Below are positions 61,021 through 64,000 of a stretch of DNA of 64,000 bases, piece after piece (the first letter of the stretch is position 1; every line of letters begins with the position of its first letter). Source of the DNA: Lepidodermella squamata (taxonomy: Eukaryota; Animalia; Gastrotricha); the NCBI GenBank assembly GCA_047495785.1, contig JBLDXI010000024.1, positions 3,782,001 to 3,846,000 of the forward strand, read 5' to 3'. The notes below the pieces were generated by a model. The model was not told the DNA's origin, did not search any database, and saw only the letters and a list, made by a program, of their open reading frames with translations. The translations under genes were made by a program, and so were the position numbers.

Positions 61021-62065
61021 TTTGTGAAAAAAGGGCTGAAACTAGTCTAAGCCTGCGATTATTGAGAGCACGTGGCACAAGCCATGAGTTATGGGCGTTG
61101 TCACGGAAACGACCTTGACTGTCAACGTTGTAAACGACAGATCACAGATAATTGTTTTTAATTAGAGAGGAGGCTGTTGTTTCATTATTTACAATTTAGT
61201 TCATATCTTAATAAATTTTGGTATCCGGAAGGTCAACATCTTCGGGAAATTGCGTGGCCACAGCCAGTTGCCGTTGAAAAAATTCAGAGCAAAGTAACTT
61301 TCAAAAATCACATTAAAATGGGTAAAATAGCGAAAAGTAAAATAGTTTTAATTGTTCATGATCATTTTCAATTTGGTAATTGATTTGTATTTTTCTCATT
61401 ATTAGATTGTTGGCGACCTGGGTGAAGCTGGTCGAGAAATCGCTGCCTTTTTTCTGCCATTTCTACACAACTATAGCCGGTATTAATGACTAACATTATA
61501 TACCTATATTCTATATTATAATCTCATTATACCACTATTTATCTTTTTTCTTTCGATTATACACGCAGCATGCGGCTTATTAAAAGAGATGTCACTGTAA
61601 TGCTGAAATTATGCTAAATTGTACCAAGATATGGTGAACGGAATGCGATATTATGTCTCTGATACGGCCTGGAAAAAGAACGAAGAAAGAGTAAAAAATA
61701 AATTATTGCCATGAAAAGAAGTTTTTCCTGCCTTGTTTACGCCCGAAAAAAACAATTCGTCGGATTATACTCTATAGCAGTAGTGGTGACCACGTAGGCT
61801 CAAAACAGGTACTGTGTTCGGCCAATAAGCAGAATCCACTTGCTGTATTAAAGGAAGGAAGTATTACAAGCTCATGGCCTTATTATGACCATCCAACACC
61901 TCAATGGTACTTTCGGTTTTATTATAGCAGTTGCATCGGTCGGTTTCTAACAACGATGCCGGAACTGCCGGAAGGCGCGAGGAACAAGAACAAGGTGATA
62001 TTGCTGCAGTCGTTTTCGGTGTCGAGCAGGGTGTATCGTTTATAAACCGCTGAAGGAGCACTCAA

Positions 62066-62147
62066 GTCGCTATGCCCGAGTGGTTAAGGGGTCTGACTAG
62101 AAATCAGATGCGGTCTCCGCGCGTAGGGTCAAATCCTACTGGCGACG
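62066..62147 (+). tRNA. tRNA-Ser(AGA); B-box variant (GGTCAAA), possibly impaired
   Basis: 82-nt cloverleaf with long variable arm, loop CT-AGA-AA; T54 replaced by G. Confidence 0.75.
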
Positions 62148-62222
62148 ACATTTATTTTTGCATTATAACGACTGAAACTCAGTTCTGTAGTTAGCCTCCA
62201 GAACAGTCCTCACTTTCATCAG

Positions 62223-62294
62223 GCGTCAGTGGTGTAACGGTCAGCATGGTTGCCTTCCAAGCAGCCGATCCGGGTTCGACTCCCGGCTGACGCA
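62223..62294 (+). tRNA. tRNA-Gly(TCC)
   Basis: Complete cloverleaf; flanks homologous to the 23625 copy. Confidence 0.93.
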
Positions 62295-62383
62295 CACGTT
62301 TTTAGCTCACACGTTTGAGAGAAACAAACACATTTTACTAGTAAATAGATTGAAGCTGATCCTCACCAAACCAGGGTTCAACA

Positions 62384-62455
62384 GGTTCCATGGTGTAGCG
62401 GTTAGCACTCTGGACTCTGAATCCAGCGACTCGAGTTCGATTCTCGATGGGACCT
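62384..62455 (+). tRNA. tRNA-Gln(CTG)
   Basis: Same sequence as the 23782 copy. Confidence 0.93.
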
Positions 62456-62549
62456 TGATTTTTCAATCAAACTTGGCTCACTGCTCACTGCTGGGAACCT
62501 TGTGATCATAATATTTGTTACTATTCAAACCTTTTCTTGCACTAGCCTA

Positions 62550-62621
62550 GGGGGCATAGCTCAGTGGTAGAGCGTCTCATTCGCATTGTGAAGGTCTCGG
62601 GTTCAATCCCCGATGCCTCCA
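62550..62621 (+). tRNA. tRNA-Ala(CGC)
   Basis: G3:U70, anticodon CGC. Confidence 0.88.
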
Positions 62622-62712
62622 GTTGGCAATTTTTTCGCGTATCCTCTCGAAGATTAGTTGCTATATCGGCGGTGAAAGTGACCGGAAATTACTCTAAAAA
62701 TGTGAAAAATAG

Positions 62713-62796
62713 TGTCAGAAGTGGGGTTCGAACCCACGCCCTCTTTCGAGGACCAGATCTTGAGTCTGGCGCCTTAGACCGCTCGGCCATCCTGAC
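62713..62796 (-). tRNA. tRNA-Leu(CAA)
   Basis: 84-nt type II tRNA. Confidence 0.93.
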
Positions 62797-62915
62797 GAGA
62801 TGTAGCTTCAAAAGGAAGTTTTTGTAATCCACTCATTTCCGCGTAGAAAAACTCACCTCCATGTGGAAGCTGCCGTTGACAGGATGGGCGTATTGCATTG
62901 CTACATCTATCGATA

Positions 62916-62988
62916 GGCGCTGTGGCGAAATGGCTATCGCGTCGGACTTCGGATCCGAAGATTGTGGGTTCGAGTCCCATCGATTACT
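62916..62988 (+). pseudogene. tRNA-Arg(TCG) with a defective 3' acceptor strand
   Basis: D, anticodon (TCGGA-CTTCGGA-TCCGA) and T arms intact, but GGCGCTG faces CGATTAC. Confidence 0.75.
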
Positions 62989-63053
62989 TTTGTAACAGGT
63001 GAAAGTGCCAGCTAAATGTAACGAAGCTCTCAGAATAGCTGTCATTTGCAATG

Positions 63054-63126
63054 GCCTTCCTAGCTCAGTCGGTAGAGCATGTGACTTTTAATCACAGGGT
63101 CGGGGGTTCGAGTCCCCCGGAGGGCG
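63054..63126 (+). tRNA. tRNA-Lys(TTT), intact
   Basis: GCCTTCCTAGCTCAGTCGGTAGAGCATGTGA-CTTTTAA-TCACA..GTTCGAG. Confidence 0.93.
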
Positions 63127-63197
63127 CAAGCTTTTTCAAAGCAATACACCGAAGTCACTGTTTTAATCATAGCAATAAATCGTCTAGTTACTACTAC

Positions 63198-63263
63198 GGG
63201 GGATTAGCTCAAAGCGCTCGCTTAGCATGCGAGAGGTAACGGGATCGACGCCCGTATCCTCCA
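63198..63263 (+). pseudogene. tRNA-Ala(AGC) with a 7-nt D-arm deletion
   Basis: Matches the 42057 copy except for a 7-nt deletion removing the D-loop TGGTAG. Confidence 0.85.
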
Positions 63264-63339
63264 ATTTTTCTCGCAGAATCTCATAACCTGGCTAGACTTC
63301 TCTACGAATAATGCTACTGCTGCAGAAATACCCAGCCTC

Positions 63340-63409
63340 GGCTCAGTAGCTTAGTGGTAGAGCGTCTGCCTAGTAAGCAGAAGATCGAGGGTTCGATCCC
63401 CCCGAGCCT
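63340..63409 (+). pseudogene. tRNA-Thr(AGT), probably defective (about 2 nt missing at the T-stem/acceptor junction)
   Basis: TCTGC-CTAGTAA-GCAGA anticodon arm; 3' end CCCCCCGAGCC is too short to pair both stems (could also be a homopolymer sequencing error). Confidence 0.65.
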
Positions 63410-63484
63410 TGCTTGACTTTTTCGGCGGCAAGCTATCTTTTTTCGTGCCAAAACATACAATTGACATTGCAAAGCTCAAAAACT

Positions 63485-63556
63485 TTCCCTGACCGGGAAT
63501 CGAACCCGGGCCGCCGCGGTGAAAGCGCGGAATCCTAACCACTAGACCATCAGGGA
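63485..63556 (-). tRNA. tRNA-Glu(TTC)
   Basis: TCCCTGATGGTCTAGTGGTTAGGATT-CCGCG-CTTTCAC-CGCGG..GTTCGATT. Confidence 0.93.
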
Positions 63557-63632
63557 GCTGCTCATGCGATTTCGTTTGCGCGGTATCTCAGACGTACACC
63601 ACAAAAGCCAAGTTCTGAATGTAAAAATCTTT

Positions 63633-63704
63633 GGGCCCGTTCGGGAATTGAACCCGAGACCTCTCGCACCCGAAGCGAGAATCATACCCCTAGACCAACG
63701 GGCC
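63633..63704 (-). tRNA. tRNA-Pro(CGG)
   Basis: GGCCCGTTGGTCTAGGGGTATGATT-CTCGC-TTCGGGT-GCGAG..GTTCAATT. Confidence 0.93.
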
Positions 63705-64000
63705 TTAGTTGCGAGTCATCGACGGTCTGTCATTTGGCGAGTTCGCTACAGTTGAAGTCTGGTTGAGCTCACTAGTTGTGCATAAATTAGGGCACATCAC
63801 AAATCCGACTTCCACATTGCTGTGAAATGAAGACATTTGAATCAGACCTCTGTTATCGCAAGCCCCGCATCAACTACCGCCAAGGCCCGTGAAAATCAGT
63901 GAGTGAAGAGAAAGTATAAAAAAATCGATATCATCTAATCACACGCTTTGTCATTCACAAAAAGTCAATACGCTCTTAGAGCAAGATTTCGAGGATCTTA

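Noticed and set aside
23370-63704. Possible suppressor or codon-reassigning tRNAs
   Set aside because: All readable anticodons match their body identity (e.g. Ala G3:U70, type II arms for Leu/Ser); none reads a stop codon, and intact genes translate with the standard code
1-64000. CRISPR arrays, rRNA genes or prokaryotic operons
   Set aside because: No regularly spaced direct repeats or rRNA motifs; spliceosomal introns and U5 show the DNA is eukaryotic

Overview
Compact, intron-containing animal (invertebrate-like) nuclear DNA with AT-rich short introns and very short intergenic gaps; it is not prokaryotic, and the taxon cannot be fixed from the sequence alone. Protein genes in order: GNL3/nucleostemin (partial), GCDH, a kinectin/p180-like coiled-coil membrane protein, three tandem RETSAT-like FAD oxidoreductases, a small secreted basic peptide, a small HSP, a sex-peptide/MIP-receptor-like GPCR, a small membrane protein, two tandem cytochrome c paralogues, KLHL18-like, a second (inverted) small HSP, an ankyrin-repeat protein, ATXN7-like, HAUS7-like and POLE2. 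Non-coding content: three related tRNA clusters (about 23.6-24.3, 42.1-44.7 and 62.1-63.7 kb) with several pseudogenes, two U5 snRNA genes, MITEs and a decayed tyrosine-recombinase-like ORF. The most striking observations are (1) both cytochrome c paralogues keep CXXCH but have Lys in place of the near-invariant Met80 heme ligand, and (2) two 35-44 bp CATAG...CTATG inserts with perfect 8-bp target duplications resemble P-element excision footprints, one sitting at the canonical 37/38 intron position of a tRNA-Arg gene. Exon boundaries were read by eye and are approximate; no database searches were run.
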